NCBI GenBank assembly: GCA_040770465.1
Contig: JAXGJB010000037.1
Span: 1-29,197 of the forward strand
Length of the DNA: 29,197 nucleotides
From: Methanothrix sp.
Lineage (GTDB): Archaea > Halobacteriota > Methanosarcinia > Methanotrichales > Methanotrichaceae
Direction: 5' to 3'
In this document: positions 28,667-29,197 of the stretch, in pieces
Layout: each line of letters opens with the position of its first letter
Position numbering within the stretch: the stretch's first letter is position 1
Notes under the pieces: model-generated
What the model saw: only the letters and a program-made list of their open reading frames with translations
Told to the model about the DNA's origin: nothing
Database searches by the model: none
Translations under genes and position numbers: made by a program

Positions 28667-28987
28667 TTGAAGATAAATTTGAGAGCTGCGGCCCAGGTCA
28701 AGAAGAAAGTAGGAAATTCAGCGTCTAGTGGCAGCGGGATCTTGCTACAGAAATACTACAAGTGCTACAATAAAAGGCCGACATCGCAGCGCTCAGCCGT
28801 CAGCTCAGCTCCTGAGACTGCCCCGCCCATCATGTACGAGGTGCTGCGCTCGCCAGGGCAACCGCTGGATGCAGACACACGAGCGTTCATGGAACCACGC
28901 TTCGGCCACGATTTCAGCTGGATGCGAGTGCCAAACGATCTCGAAGGATGTAGAGTCTGCATGCAGGAGAGCAAAGCGGAACGATAG
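28667..28987 (+). pseudogene. Truncated DUF4157 cargo gene (leader plus start of domain only)
   Basis: [36 protein letters not shown] matches cargo 1/2, then similarity stops before the HExxH motif. Confidence 0.8.
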
Positions 28988-29030
28988 CATCCAAGATAGG
29001 GGCGCAGGTCGGTTTAGGAGGAAACTGAGG

Positions 29031-29197
29031 ATGGATCAAAAGGCCTTTATTAGCGCTCAAAAGCAGGTGCAAAGCTCTGCGCCAATGATGGGTGGCATCT
29101 TGCAGCGGAAATACGATAAATGCCGCAAGGATCATTCCTCAAACCGCTCGGTAAGGCGAACTGGATCTGACCTGCACCACCCATCCAATCAATCGCC
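29031..29197 (+). pseudogene. Fourth cargo-leader copy, diverged and cut by the window edge (pseudogene or partial CDS)
   Basis: ATG 29031 after GGAGG: MDQKAFISAQKQVQSSAPMMGGILQRKYDKCRKD..., similar to [31 protein letters not shown]. Confidence 0.6.

Noticed and set aside
28667-28987. Immunity protein for the Ntox44-like toxin
   Set aside because: Its sequence is a truncated DUF4157 cargo N-terminus, not an independent small protein.

Overview
GC-rich prokaryotic DNA that looks like a methanogenic archaeon, possibly Methanothrix/Methanosaeta-like. This is inference from TATA-type promoters, an FwdC-like protein and gene content, not a database result. The left ~16 kb is mostly housekeeping: a MoxR-like AAA/FwdC-like/putative VWA-partner operon with altered catalytic motifs, a signal-peptide-bearing pyruvoyl arginine decarboxylase next to a secreted C69 peptidase, a SAM methyltransferase, NfnAB, an MSMEG_6728-family protein, an M24 peptidase, an HD protein, an M50 protease and Tex. 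After an AT-rich break (~16.17-17.12 kb), the right ~12 kb is the 5' part of an eCIS/PVC/Afp-type contractile injection system locus: sheath, tube, CxxC baseplate/chaperone protein, a repeat-containing protein, DUF4255 cap and Afp15-like AAA ATPase. It is followed by an array of DUF4157 cargo cassettes that share an N-terminal leader but differ at the C-terminus (an unknown beta-rich plus 8-Cys domain; OmpA-like plus Ntox44-like toxin). Decayed cassette copies lie between and after them, and no immunity gene is visible. Baseplate and spike genes are not in the window.
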